Positions 32,104 through 42,124 are shown, counted from the first letter of the stretch. The stretch is 64,000 nt of DNA from an uncultured Bacteroidales bacterium (GCA_947168365.1 CAMVLO010000009.1:11141-75140), one strand, 5' to 3'. The notes: a model not told the origin generated them from the letters alone. Numbers and translations: made by a program.

Positions 32104-32793
32104 CTACCTGATTTTTTTGTAATCATCCTCAAACTCATTGAAGTCGTTGGTATACTTACGTTTAACAACAGGTTCTTTTGATTTGAGAGAATCAGCTCTC
32201 TCAAATTTTTCGATGAAGAAAATCATAGGAGGCTCTTTCTGCTCATGAAGACCGAGTTTTTTGGTTTCCACCCTTTTTGCTACCTCAGTTTCTTTGCTGA
32301 TAGACATCAGCTGAGCTGAGATAATAATAGATTCTGCCCTGAGCTCACGAACCTCACGTTGTAACAAAAGATTTTTTCTGATGATGGCTTCTGCATTATT
32401 TCTAATTGTAATATAAGCAATAGCAAGCCCCACCAAAAACAAGAAGAATTTAAAATAGGAATGAAACTTTTCGTTGGAGATAAAGCTGCCGTCCAGAATA
32501 GATTTCAAACCGAATTTTGTTTCAGTTTCTTCCTCTACTTCGGAATTTTGGTCAGATTCATCCACAACGGGGTCGTCCGAAATCTCCGGATCGCCGACTT
32601 CTCTTCCGATACCATCGTCATAGATATCGTTTGAAAAAGGATCGCCGGTATCTTCGCGTCCAAAGAAATCATCAATGGAAGGCATCTCACCACTACCCGA
32701 AACTCTGTCGTAAGCTTCGTTTAAAAGTTCAATATCTTCATTTTCATCTTCCTGATCATCTTTCCCGTCTATTACGTCTTCCTCGTCTGTCAT
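32104..32793 (-). CDS. FtsL-like division protein with an acidic N-terminal extension of about 110 aa
   Basis: The 229-aa ORF has a D/E-rich, probably disordered N-terminus, a single TM (FKFFLFLVGLAIAYITI) and then a coiled coil. It lies between rsmH and ftsI. Confidence 0.7.
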   Translation of the reverse strand: MTDEEDVIDGKDDQEDENEDIELLNEAYDRVSGSGEMPSIDDFFGREDTGDPFSNDIYDDGIGREVGDPEISDDPVVDESDQNSEVEEETETKFGLKSILDGSFISNEKFHSYFKFFLFLVGLAIAYITIRNNAEAIIRKNLLLQREVRELRAESIIISAQLMSISKETEVAKRVETKKLGLHEQKEPPMIFFIEKFERADSLKSKEPVVKRKYTNDFNEFEDDYKKIR

Positions 32794-32830
32794 CTATTGA
32801 TGTTAAAAAAAAATTTTTTCTACCTAAAAA

Positions 32831-33751
32831 TTAATTATACATCGTTCTCTCAGCAATTCTGAGTTTTGCACTCCGTGACCGGGTATTTGTTTCAAGCTCG
32901 GTTTCCGACGGCGTAATCACCTTCCGGTTTACCTGAGTAAAAGGCGAAATCAAATTACCGTAAAAGTCTTTTTCTTCCTTGCCTTCAAAATTTCCCGCTT
33001 TAAGGAAATTTTTCACAGGACGGTCTTCAAGCGAATGATATGTCATAATCACGAGCCTTCCGCCTTCCTTAATAGCATTCGGAGTATTTTTCAAAAACTC
33101 TTTCAGAACTTCAATTTCCTGATTTACCTCAATTCTAATTGCCTGAAACATCGTGGCAAGATATTTGTTCTCATTAAATTGAGGTACGCAATTGCCGGCA
33201 GCTTTTATAAGGTCGGCAACTGTATCAATACCATTGGAATTTCTGTAAGCAACGATATTACTTGCCAATTTCCAAGCGTTCTTAATTTCGCCATATTCAA
33301 GAAAAATCTGTTTCAAACGTTCAGCACTATAAGTGTTGATAAGATCGCGAGCCGAAAAATTAGCATTTTGATTCATCCTCATATCCAGAGGAACATCAAA
33401 TCTAAAAGAAAAACCGCGCTGTGCATCATCAAAATGATGACTTGAAACTCCAAGGTCGGCAATCACGCCGTCTACTTTCGGACAACCCGCAAGTCTAAGG
33501 AATTGCGCAAAATATCTGAAATTGGTTCTAAAAAAAACAATTCTGTCATCATTTTCCGGCACATTGTCCATTGCATCGGCATCTTGGTCGAAAACAAACA
33601 ATCTGCCGGAAGAATCCAATCTTTCGAGAATTGCTTTAGAATGTCCTCCGCCTCCAAAAGTCACATCAGCATAAACACCTGACGGATTGATATTAAGACC
33701 ATCCAAACACTCTTTAAGCATTACGGGATTATGATAAAAACATTCCGCCAT
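32831..33751 (-). CDS. rsmH: 16S rRNA (cytosine1402-N4)-methyltransferase
   Basis: The 306-aa ORF contains HNPVML, DVTFGGGGHS, DLGVSSHH and YHSLEDR. Confidence 0.96.
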   Translation of the reverse strand: MAECFYHNPVMLKECLDGLNINPSGVYADVTFGGGGHSKAILERLDSSGRLFVFDQDADAMDNVPENDDRIVFFRTNFRYFAQFLRLAGCPKVDGVIADLGVSSHHFDDAQRGFSFRFDVPLDMRMNQNANFSARDLINTYSAERLKQIFLEYGEIKNAWKLASNIVAYRNSNGIDTVADLIKAAGNCVPQFNENKYLATMFQAIRIEVNQEIEVLKEFLKNTPNAIKEGGRLVIMTYHSLEDRPVKNFLKAGNFEGKEEKDFYGNLISPFTQVNRKVITPSETELETNTRSRSAKLRIAERTMYN

Positions 33752-33819
33752 AATTTAGTTGCATTTTTTTAGAGGTTAAAAATAATTAATTTTTTTAATT
33801 CATAATTTCAATAAAACAA

Positions 33820-34266
33820 TCAATCACACAAAAACTGCTGAGCCATTGCTGCAAACTCATCAGCCGAAGGTCTAGTTGCATTATAAACCTCTGCGCTCCA
33901 GACCTCGATTTTGTCACCGAGGCCCAAAACGCAAATATCCTTTGTAAGCTCTGTAATTTCAACCAATCGTTTCGGAACTAACAACCGGTTGCTGGAATCG
34001 AGTTCCACTTCTGCGGTATCTTTAAAAAATTCACGCAAGAAGATATTATGTTGCTTATTAAAAGGATTTAAGCGAGATTTGATTGTCTCCACGCGAGCTT
34101 GCCAACTGCTCTGCGTGTAAACTGTCAAGCATTTTTCATAGAGATCTTTCTTTACCACAAAAGTGCGCATGTCCTTGTCTCCCAGTTGATCCAAGAAGAC
34201 CGACGGGAAAACAAAACGCCCTTTGGGGTCAATTTTGATTTGAAAATCTCCTGTAAAAACGCACAT
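33820..34266 (-). CDS. mraZ: Transcriptional regulator MraZ
   Basis: The 148-aa ORF has two SpoVT/AbrB-like halves, with DPKGRFVFP and DSSNRLLVP. It is the first gene of the dcw cluster. Confidence 0.93.
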   Translation of the reverse strand: MCVFTGDFQIKIDPKGRFVFPSVFLDQLGDKDMRTFVVKKDLYEKCLTVYTQSSWQARVETIKSRLNPFNKQHNIFLREFFKDTAEVELDSSNRLLVPKRLVEITELTKDICVLGLGDKIEVWSAEVYNATRPSADEFAAMAQQFLCD

Positions 34267-34289
34267 AATAGTCCATTTAAAAATTCTTT

Positions 34290-34297
34290 CAAAATTA
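34290..34297 (-). promoter_or_regulatory. Candidate -7 box (TAATTTTG) of the dcw/mraZ promoter
   Basis: The minus strand reads TAATTTTG, matching TAnnTTTG, about 24 nt upstream of the mraZ ATG. Confidence 0.45.
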
Positions 34298-34319
34298 CAG
34301 TTTTTTCATAACATCACAA

Positions 34320-34346
34320 CCACTTTCTGCCACTTTTTCCCACTTT
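34320..34346 (-). promoter_or_regulatory. Candidate MraZ operator: three direct AAAGTGG boxes with 10-bp spacing
   Basis: Plus-strand CCACTTT starts at 34320, 34330 and 34340, which reads AAAGTGG on the mraZ strand. The boxes sit just upstream of, or over, the expected -33 region. Confidence 0.55.
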
Positions 34347-34587
34347 TTACACAATTACATCACAATAATCTTTTTATCAGCAGAATACAAAAGAAATTTT
34401 ATTTTATGTTTTTACAATTTTTACTTAAAAAATATAGTTAAGTATACAAAAAATAGTAATTATGAAATCAGGTTTTTGGTAAATGTTCTAAAGAGGTAAC
34501 AGAAAATCTACTTCCTTAAAAATTCAATATAAAATCAATAAATCTGCCAACGATTTTTTTTTATTTGTTTATTCAAATCGGATAATG

Positions 34588-34595
34588 TAAATTTG
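34588..34595 (+). promoter_or_regulatory. Candidate -7 box (TAAATTTG) for the esterase-nucleotidase gene
   Basis: TAnnTTTG match 33 nt upstream of the ATG at 34628. Confidence 0.4.
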
Positions 34596-34627
34596 TTTCG
34601 TGAAATTTAGCAGAATTACTGAGTATA

Positions 34628-35719
34628 ATGGACAATCAAAATTACATACAATATCCCGAAATGATGTCGGGAAAGAAAATACTTTACGTACACGGCTTTG
34701 CATCTTCGGGCGCAAGCGGTACAGCAAAAAGTTTAAGAAATCTGTTGCCTAATGCCGAGGTAATTTCTCCGGATTTGCCTCTTAGTCCACTAAAAGCCAT
34801 GGAGTTGTTACTTAATATCTGTGATACACAAAAACCGGATTTAATAATCGGAACTTCTATGGGCGGATTTTATGCGGAACAGCTTTACGGGTTCAACAGA
34901 ATTCTTGTAAATCCGGCATTTCAAATCGGCGAAACCCTCAAAGCACTTCACGGTATGGGCAAACAAAAATGGCTGAATCCGCGTGAAGACGGTGAAACTG
35001 AATTTTGGGTTACTCAAGATATTGTGGACGAGTTCAAACAAGTAATGAGCAACAGTTTCTCAAAAATAGATGTCAACGAAAGAAGAAATTTGGTTTACGG
35101 ACTTTTCGGTGACAAAGATCCTTTGGTTCATACCCACGATTTGTTTGCCTCAAAATACATGAACGCAATTTGGTTTGACGGTGAACACAGACTGAACGAC
35201 ACAGTATTATTAAATTCGGTAATACCTGTAATTCATTGGGTTGACGACAAAATCAACAACCGTCAACGACCGATTTTATACATCGACCTCGATGGCGTAT
35301 TAACCGATTTTGACAAAGGTTGTTACAAATTTGACGACAAAATTATTGAACAATACGAAGGTCATCATTGGGACATCCCCGGATATTTTGCAGCATTAGA
35401 ACCGATGCCGAGTGCAGTAAAAGCATTCAGAAGTTTGGCGCTAAGATACGACACCTACATCTTGTCGAGTGCGCCATTTACAAATCCTTCGGCATGGACA
35501 GACAAAATGCTTTGGGTACAAAAATGGCTTGGCGTAGCATCGTACCGAAGATTGATTTTGTCGCACCACAAAAATCTTAATTACGGTGATTATCTGATAG
35601 ATGACCGACCATACAATGGTGCAGAAGATTTTATGGGAACTTTCATACATTTTGGCGAAGCTCCGTACAAAACATGGGACGACATTTTGGAATTCTTTTC
35701 TCATCTGGGCGGTCAATAA
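34628..35719 (+). CDS. Fusion protein: YqiA-like alpha/beta-hydrolase (esterase) N-domain plus 5'(3')-deoxyribonucleotidase (HAD, NT5C-like) C-domain
   Basis: The 363-aa ORF has the N-domain features KILYVHGFASSG and the GTSMGG nucleophile elbow. The C-domain has ILYIDLDGVLTDFDKG (HAD DxDxV/T motif) and LIDDRP. Confidence 0.7.
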   Translation: MDNQNYIQYPEMMSGKKILYVHGFASSGASGTAKSLRNLLPNAEVISPDLPLSPLKAMELLLNICDTQKPDLIIGTSMGGFYAEQLYGFNRILVNPAFQIGETLKALHGMGKQKWLNPREDGETEFWVTQDIVDEFKQVMSNSFSKIDVNERRNLVYGLFGDKDPLVHTHDLFASKYMNAIWFDGEHRLNDTVLLNSVIPVIHWVDDKINNRQRPILYIDLDGVLTDFDKGCYKFDDKIIEQYEGHHWDIPGYFAALEPMPSAVKAFRSLALRYDTYILSSAPFTNPSAWTDKMLWVQKWLGVASYRRLILSHHKNLNYGDYLIDDRPYNGAEDFMGTFIHFGEAPYKTWDDILEFFSHLGGQ

Positions 35720-35752
35720 AAAAAATTAACAAAAAACATTAAGCGAAAACAA

Positions 35753-38700
35753 ATGATACCAGCAAGATACACAACACTAAAAAATATTCTGAAACAAAGA
35801 GTATTGCTGCTTGACGGCGCGATGGGAAGTTTAATTCAGGATTACGGACTTTCAGAAGAGGATTTTACAGGCGATAAATTCAAAGGTCTTGTTCCTCAGA
35901 TGAAAGGAAACAACGAAACTCTCAATATCACAAAACCCGAAGTAATCCGCGATATTCACAAACGCTATCTTGAAGCCGGTTGCGATATTATTGAAACTAA
36001 TACATTTAGTGCCAACAGAATATCTCAAGCCGACTACTCGTTGGAAAATTATGCTTACGAGTTAAACAAATACGGTGCAAGTATCGCAGCAAATGTCGCA
36101 AAAGAATATTCAACGGCAGACAAACCGCGTTTCGTTGCCGGCTCAATGGGTCCGACCAACAAAACAGCGTCAATGAGTCCGGATGTCAACAATCCGGGAT
36201 ACAGAGCCGTAACTTTTGACGATTTGGTACAAGCTTATTCAGAACAAGTAAAAGGTCTGCTGGACGGCGGTGTTGACATCTTTTTGATTGAAACATGTTT
36301 TGATACGCTGAATATCAAAGCCGCGCTTTTCGCTATAAATGAGGAACTTAAAAACAGAGGAATCGAAAAATTTCCGATAATGGTTTCGGCTACCATTGCT
36401 GACAAATCAGGTAGAACACTTGCCGGTCAAACGGTAGAAGCATTGTTGTATTCGGTTTCTCATGTTGACTTGCTGACAATCGGATTAAACTGTTCGTTCG
36501 GAGCTCGTGACTTAAAACCGTATTTAAAAATACTCGGCAACCGTTCTATTTACGGGATTTCAGCGCATCCTAACGCCGGACTTCCAAATCAATTCGGGCA
36601 ATACGAACAAACTCCCGAAATGATGAAAGAACAAATTCAAGAATATCTTGACGAAGGTTTGGTAAATATCATCGGCGGATGCTGTGGCACAACACCGGAG
36701 CATTGTAAAGCAATGAGCGAAATACTCTCAACAGCCAAAATTCACCAACCGGCAGAAAACTTGCACGAAATGCGTCTTTCCGGTCTTGACCCGATGATAA
36801 TTTCCAAAGACCGAAAAGCATTTTACAATGTCGGTGAACGATGTAACGTGGCGGGTTCCAGAAAGTTTTTACGATTAATCAACGAAAAAAAATACGAAGA
36901 AGCAATCGAAATAGCCAAAAAAGAAGTTGAAGAAGGAGCAGATGTTATTGACATCAACATGGATGACGCAATGCTTGATGCAAAACACGAGATGGTAACT
37001 TTTATCAACCTTTTGAAAGCCGAACCCGATGTTGCAATCCGTCCCGTAATGATAGATTCCAGCAAATGGGATGTTATAGAAGCCGGACTCAAATGCTTAC
37101 AAGACAAAGCAATAGTTAACTCAATATCATTAAAAGAAGGCGAAGAAAAATTCTTGGCACATGCCCGTACAATCAAAGAATACGGAGCAGCAACTGTTGT
37201 AATGGCATTCGACGAAAAAGGTCAGGCTGATACATTTGACCGTAGGATAGAAATCTGTTCCCGGGCTTACAAATTGTTGACTGAAAAAGTAAATTTCAAT
37301 CCCGAAGATATAATTTTCGACCCCAACGTTTTGGCAATCGCTACAGGCATAAGTGCTCACGACAATTATGCAGTTGACTTTATAAAAACTGTAACATGGA
37401 TAAAAGCCAACCTGCCTTACGCAAAAATTTCGGGCGGTATCAGCAATTTATCATTCTCATTCAGAGGCAACAACCCGGTACGCGAGGCAATGCACAGCGT
37501 TTTCTTGCATTACGCCGTAGCAGAAGGTATGGACATGGGAATTGTAAATCCGGCGGCAATGATAAAATACGAAGATATCGAGCCGGAATTGCGTCAAAAA
37601 GTAGAAGACGTAGTACTCAACAAATACGAAGGTGCGTTTGAAAAACTTGTGGATTACGCCGAAATTGCAAAAGCGAACGCTCAAGGCAAAAAAGTTGTAA
37701 AAGACGAAGAATGGCGGCATCTCTCTGTAGAAGAGCGACTTCAATACGCTTTGAAAAAAGGAACAACTGAATTTTTACAAGCCGACATCCAAGAGGCACT
37801 ACAAAAATATCCGCTTGCAATCGACATCATTGAAAAACCGTTGATGGACGGTATGAATATGGTTGGCGAACTTTTCGGTCAAGGCAAGATGTTTTTACCT
37901 CAAGTAGTAAAAACTGCACGTGTAATGAAAGATGCCGTAGAATTTTTGAAACCTACAATAGAGGAACAAAAGCAAAAGTCCGGTAAATCAGGCACTTCAG
38001 CAGGCAAAATAATCATGGCAACAGTAAAAGGCGATGTACATGATATCGGTAAAAATATCGTTTGTGTAGTAATGGCATGCAACAATTTTGACGTTGTAGA
38101 TTTGGGCGTAATGGTTCCAACCGAAAAAATTGTAGAAGAAGCTATCAATCAGAAAGCCGATGCAATTGGACTTTCGGGTCTTATCACACCATCGCTCGAT
38201 GAAATGATAAATGTAGTAAAAGCTTTGGATGCCAAAGGTTTAACAATTCCTGTTATGATTGGCGGAGCTACAACTTCAGAAATTCATACAGCCGTAAAAA
38301 TTGCACCTAACTACAAAGGTCCGGTAGTATATGTAAAAGATGCATCTCAAAATGCTTACGTTGCAACAGCTGTTATCAACAAAAATCAAGAATTTCTCGA
38401 TAATCTAAAAAAACATCAACAAGAACTTCGCGACCAAAATTCAGGCACAAAACCTCAAAAACTATCGGAAGAAGAGGCTCTGAAACTTGCACCGAAGTTT
38501 GATTACAACAATATATCAATTGTTAAACCTAACAATCTTGACAAAATTGTTTTAAACGACATCGACTTAAATTTGTTGATTCCGTATATCAATTGGAGGA
38601 TGTATCTGATAGCTTGGAAAATAAACGGCGACGCCCCTGATAAAAAGGAAGAAGCCGAAAGAATACTCCAAGAAGGTAAAGAATTCCTGCGCGAAATAAT

Positions 38701-39313
38701 TGACAACAAACTTACCACGGCTCATGCAATATTACAGATTTTCAGAGCCAACAGCAATGGCAATTTTGTTGACATCTATTGCGATGAACAGCGGAAAAAC
38801 AAAATTGAAAGGTTCAACTTTTTAAGACAGCAACAACCTGATACTGACGGACATTGCACTTCGCTTGCTGACTATATCGCTCCCCAAGGTTACGAGGATT
38901 ATATGGGTATGTTTGCTTGTACAACGGGTGTCGGTTTGAAAGTTCATACCGACAAATTGATATCAGAAGGTAATGATTACAAAGCAATTGCAATAAAACT
39001 CTTAGCAGACCGCCTTGTAGAAGCTCTCGCAGAATATCTTCACAAAGAAGTTAGAACCAAATATTGGGGATATTCGCCTGATGAAAATCTAACTCCGGAC
39101 GAGCTTATCAAAGGTCATTACAAAGGAATACGTCCGGCTATCGGTTATCCGGCAACACCATTGCATGAACAAAAAAAGCAAGTTTTTGACTTGTTGGAGG
39201 TTACAAAAAATACTCATATCGATTTAACCGAAACAATGGGGATGTCTCCGGCAGCATCGGTTTGCGGTTTCTATTTTGCGAATCCCAACACAAGATATAT
39301 AATTGTAAGATAA
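35753..39313 (+). CDS. metH: Cobalamin-dependent methionine synthase
   Basis: The 1186-aa ORF has all four modules. These are the Hcy domain ([15 protein letters not shown]), the pterin-binding domain, the B12 domain ([11 protein letters not shown]) and the C-terminal activation domain. Confidence 0.96.
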   Translation: MIPARYTTLKNILKQRVLLLDGAMGSLIQDYGLSEEDFTGDKFKGLVPQMKGNNETLNITKPEVIRDIHKRYLEAGCDIIETNTFSANRISQADYSLENYAYELNKYGASIAANVAKEYSTADKPRFVAGSMGPTNKTASMSPDVNNPGYRAVTFDDLVQAYSEQVKGLLDGGVDIFLIETCFDTLNIKAALFAINEELKNRGIEKFPIMVSATIADKSGRTLAGQTVEALLYSVSHVDLLTIGLNCSFGARDLKPYLKILGNRSIYGISAHPNAGLPNQFGQYEQTPEMMKEQIQEYLDEGLVNIIGGCCGTTPEHCKAMSEILSTAKIHQPAENLHEMRLSGLDPMIISKDRKAFYNVGERCNVAGSRKFLRLINEKKYEEAIEIAKKEVEEGADVIDINMDDAMLDAKHEMVTFINLLKAEPDVAIRPVMIDSSKWDVIEAGLKCLQDKAIVNSISLKEGEEKFLAHARTIKEYGAATVVMAFDEKGQADTFDRRIEICSRAYKLLTEKVNFNPEDIIFDPNVLAIATGISAHDNYAVDFIKTVTWIKANLPYAKISGGISNLSFSFRGNNPVREAMHSVFLHYAVAEGMDMGIVNPAAMIKYEDIEPELRQKVEDVVLNKYEGAFEKLVDYAEIAKANAQGKKVVKDEEWRHLSVEERLQYALKKGTTEFLQADIQEALQKYPLAIDIIEKPLMDGMNMVGELFGQGKMFLPQVVKTARVMKDAVEFLKPTIEEQKQKSGKSGTSAGKIIMATVKGDVHDIGKNIVCVVMACNNFDVVDLGVMVPTEKIVEEAINQKADAIGLSGLITPSLDEMINVVKALDAKGLTIPVMIGGATTSEIHTAVKIAPNYKGPVVYVKDASQNAYVATAVINKNQEFLDNLKKHQQELRDQNSGTKPQKLSEEEALKLAPKFDYNNISIVKPNNLDKIVLNDIDLNLLIPYINWRMYLIAWKINGDAPDKKEEAERILQEGKEFLREIIDNKLTTAHAILQIFRANSNGNFVDIYCDEQRKNKIERFNFLRQQQPDTDGHCTSLADYIAPQGYEDYMGMFACTTGVGLKVHTDKLISEGNDYKAIAIKLLADRLVEALAEYLHKEVRTKYWGYSPDENLTPDELIKGHYKGIRPAIGYPATPLHEQKKQVFDLLEVTKNTHIDLTETMGMSPAASVCGFYFANPNTRYIIVR

Positions 39314-39319
39314 AAAAAC

Positions 39320-39368
39320 AACCTCGTTTGAAATTAAATCCAAATTGAATTAATTTTCAAACGAGGTT
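39320..39368. terminator. Bidirectional terminator hairpin between metH and the Rpn-like gene
   Basis: A 14-bp stem forms between AACCTCGTTTGAAA (39320-39333) and TTTCAAACGAGGTT (39355-39368). It has an A-run on the left and TATTTTG on the right. Confidence 0.6.
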
Positions 39369-39396
39369 TATTTTGAAAATACAACAAAAAGATATA

Positions 39397-40542
39397 TTAT
39401 TTATCTAAAACCTTATTAACGTAATCAATTGAAATATTGAGTTGAGCAGCAATCTTATCAGAAGGAACTCCAAAAGAAGACAACATTTTTATTGATGTAT
39501 TCAGTTGTTGTGTTGCTTCATGCAACTGTTGAGTTGCTTTATTCAATTGTTGATCTTTTGCATTTAATTGTTGATCTTTCGCATTTAATTGTTGATCTTT
39601 TGCGTTCAGTTGTTGTTCTTTTGCATTCAACTGTTGTGTTGCTTCATTCAATTGCTGATCTTTTGCGTTCAGTTGTTGAGTTGCTTCTTTCAACTGTTGC
39701 TTTTTTGCATCTAACTGCTGATTTGTTTCTTTCAATTCATCTTCAAGATCTTCTCTCTCCGCCATACGAATTGCGTAAAGGCGTTTTGCATAATCTTCTG
39801 CATCAACATTTCTACGCAATTGTTCATCACCTGCAGCAGATAACAAACGTCTGAAAATTACATTAAAATCGGAATCTGAATCTTTATCTTCTGTCAATTC
39901 AAGATATTTTGAATCGTACTCCAATTTGTACCTTTGATCAAAAGCACGCAATATATTTTCCAACGGTTTTTTGGGCTTTTCCGGTAAAAACGGAATTTGT
40001 ATAATATATAAATGATATGTCATAGCTTTTATAAACTCACATTGAGTCTTAAAGTTCAAGACATTGTCATCCTCATCGTAAAATACTGTACTGCCTTTTA
40101 TCAATGGATATTCAAATCCTTTACCTAAAGTATGTCCTAATATAAAAATTCCGTAAATATGTCGCGGTTTCTTAACTTCATACGGTGTTCTCTCCTTGTT
40201 ACGACGATATTTAATAACTGAATCGGCATTAGATTCGTTAGCCATTTGAATACCAAAATATTTACGGAAACGCATAACTTCTTCCGGCTCAGATGCTTTT
40301 TGAAGTTCTATTGTTACAGTTTCCTTTGTACCGTCAGGATTTTCTATAGTTCCGGCAAAATCAAATCTTAAAAGTTTAAGATTGTTGTCCTCGTCTGAAC
40401 TATAAGCATATTCGTGACCCTTTATCTCTATATCGACTATTGTTTTATTTAAAATAGCACCCAAAAGAATCTTTGCAACACGCTTATCTTCAATCAAGAA
40501 TTTAAAAACGGTATCATATATAGGATTACAAACTTTTGCCAT
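39397..40542 (-). CDS. PD-(D/E)xK (Rpn/YhgA-like, 'transposase_31'-type) nuclease-family protein with a heptad-repeat coiled coil
   Basis: The 381-aa ORF has an N-domain with LRFDFAG...TVTIELQK, a D...ExK-like core. Eleven heptads (QQLNAKD-type) follow. The tail is short and HTH-like (VPSDKIAAQLNISIDYVNKVL). Confidence 0.65.
   Translation of the reverse strand: MAKVCNPIYDTVFKFLIEDKRVAKILLGAILNKTIVDIEIKGHEYAYSSDEDNNLKLLRFDFAGTIENPDGTKETVTIELQKASEPEEVMRFRKYFGIQMANESNADSVIKYRRNKERTPYEVKKPRHIYGIFILGHTLGKGFEYPLIKGSTVFYDEDDNVLNFKTQCEFIKAMTYHLYIIQIPFLPEKPKKPLENILRAFDQRYKLEYDSKYLELTEDKDSDSDFNVIFRRLLSAAGDEQLRRNVDAEDYAKRLYAIRMAEREDLEDELKETNQQLDAKKQQLKEATQQLNAKDQQLNEATQQLNAKEQQLNAKDQQLNAKDQQLNAKDQQLNKATQQLHEATQQLNTSIKMLSSFGVPSDKIAAQLNISIDYVNKVLDK
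39493..39729 (-). repeat. 21-nt coding tandem repeat (about 11 copies) inside the Rpn-like gene
   Basis: The nucleotide periodicity TTGCATTTAATTGTTGATCTT is visible on the plus strand. It encodes A-K-D/E-Q-Q-L-N heptads. The central four copies are nearly identical. Confidence 0.85.
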
Positions 40543-40569
40543 ATCATATCTGTTTGATTAATTATGCTA

Positions 40570-40577
40570 CAAAGATA
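40570..40577 (-). promoter_or_regulatory. Candidate -7 box (TATCTTTG) for the Rpn-like gene
   Basis: TAnnTTTG match on the minus strand about 28 nt upstream of the ATG at 40542. Confidence 0.4.
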
Positions 40578-40601
40578 ATATTTTTTTGAATTAAAAAAGA
40601 A

Positions 40602-40642
40602 AACTCAAGTTTCGAAACGTTTTTACTTACGAAACTTGAGTT
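40602..40642 (-). terminator. Terminator hairpin after the purF-like gene
   Basis: A 13-bp stem forms between AACTCAAGTTTCG and CGAAACTTGAGTT. On the minus strand it is followed by TTTCTTTTTTAATTC. Confidence 0.55.
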
Positions 40643-40675
40643 ATTAAAATATAAATCTATTTCTTTAATTTTTTT

Positions 40676-42085
40676 CTAACCCCAAGAACTACCGTCAAAA
40701 CAATGCGTACAAAGTTTTGTTTTGGGAAGTCCGATGGCTGCTACTAAATCAGACAAACGTTGAAATTTAAGAGTTGTAAGTCCCAAATCTTTACGAATTT
40801 GCTCTACCATAGCAGCATATTCAGGAGAATCACAATCGGCATATTTTGCAAAATCCACATCCAAATTGCCGTGAATCTTTAAAATAGCTTTTCTTGTAGC
40901 AAGTTCCAATGTTGTACGTGAACGACTGAAATTCAAGTATTCACACGGATAAATCAACGGCGGACAAGCAATACGCATGTGAATCTCTTTGATACCATAT
41001 TCCACCAAATCCTTAACATTATCCTTCAACTGTGTACCACGAACAATTGAGTCGTCAAGGAAAACACCACGTTTACCGTCGATAAGAGCAGTATTTGGAA
41101 TAAGTTTCATTTTAGCCACCAATTCACGCTGCTTTTGATTTTGCGGCATAAAACTTCTAGGCCATGTCGGAGTATATTTTGCATAAGGTCTCAGATACGG
41201 AATATGTCTTGTATTAGAATAACCAAGTGCGTGACCTACACCTGAATCCGGAATACCTGCAACAAAATCGGCTTCAACATCAGAATCATTTTCAGCAAGT
41301 TTTTTACCGCATTCATAACGACATTTATCAACATTGATACCTTCATAAAAAGATGGCGGATATCCGTAATAAACCCAAAGGAACGAACAAACCTGCATAT
41401 CAGTATTCTCTTTTTTAAGAGTTGTAATACCGGTGGTTTTTACAGATACAATTTCGCCCGGACCCAAATACGAATAAATTTTGTAACCGAGATTCAAGAA
41501 AGAAGTGGTTTCGGATGCCAAACAGAACGAACCGTCACGATGTCCGATAATAATAGGAGTACGACCCAATTTGTCACGTCCGGCAATTATCTCATCTTCT
41601 GTAAGAATAAGGACTGAACATGAACCTTTTATTGAATCATAAACATTTTTTATACCTTCAGTAAAAGTAGATTTTTCACAAATTAGCATTGCAACAAGTT
41701 CGGTAGGATTGATACCGCCTTGTGAGGTTTCTGCAAATGTTTTACCTTGTGACAAAAAACGTTCTGCAATTTCATCAACATTATTGATTTTGGAAACAGT
41801 TGTAATAGCAAACCTGCCTAATTTTGAATATATTACAAGAGGTTGTGCTTCAGTATCGGAAATACAACCGATACCGATTTTTCCTTCAAAAGCGTTGATA
41901 TCGTCCTCAAATTTGGTTCTGAAATAAGAGTTTTCCAAACTGTGAATTGCGCGTTGAAAACCTTTATCTTTTGAATACATCGCCATACCGCCTCGTTTGG
42001 TACCCAAATGCGAATGGTAGTCGGTTCCGTAGAACACTTCATTAACACAGTCTTCTTTGGAGACTGCACCGAAAAAACCGCTCAT
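40676..42085 (-). CDS. Amidophosphoribosyltransferase-like protein (PurF family) lacking the N-terminal catalytic Cys
   Basis: The 469-aa ORF has an intact PRTase domain (AGIPDSGVGHALGY; VFLDDSIVRGTQLK). Its N-terminus is MSGFFGAV instead of the canonical MCG. Confidence 0.75.
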   Translation of the reverse strand: MSGFFGAVSKEDCVNEVFYGTDYHSHLGTKRGGMAMYSKDKGFQRAIHSLENSYFRTKFEDDINAFEGKIGIGCISDTEAQPLVIYSKLGRFAITTVSKINNVDEIAERFLSQGKTFAETSQGGINPTELVAMLICEKSTFTEGIKNVYDSIKGSCSVLILTEDEIIAGRDKLGRTPIIIGHRDGSFCLASETTSFLNLGYKIYSYLGPGEIVSVKTTGITTLKKENTDMQVCSFLWVYYGYPPSFYEGINVDKCRYECGKKLAENDSDVEADFVAGIPDSGVGHALGYSNTRHIPYLRPYAKYTPTWPRSFMPQNQKQRELVAKMKLIPNTALIDGKRGVFLDDSIVRGTQLKDNVKDLVEYGIKEIHMRIACPPLIYPCEYLNFSRSRTTLELATRKAILKIHGNLDVDFAKYADCDSPEYAAMVEQIRKDLGLTTLKFQRLSDLVAAIGLPKTKLCTHCFDGSSWG

Positions 42086-42124
42086 TATTTAGAAGTTATG
42101 ATTGTTTTGATTGATTTACTGCGG

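Noticed and set aside
39492-39854. 120-aa plus-strand ORF of VVLLHS/IVDLLH repeats
   Set aside because: It is the antisense reading of the 21-nt tandem repeat. The minus-strand frame continues into a recognisable PD-(D/E)xK domain.
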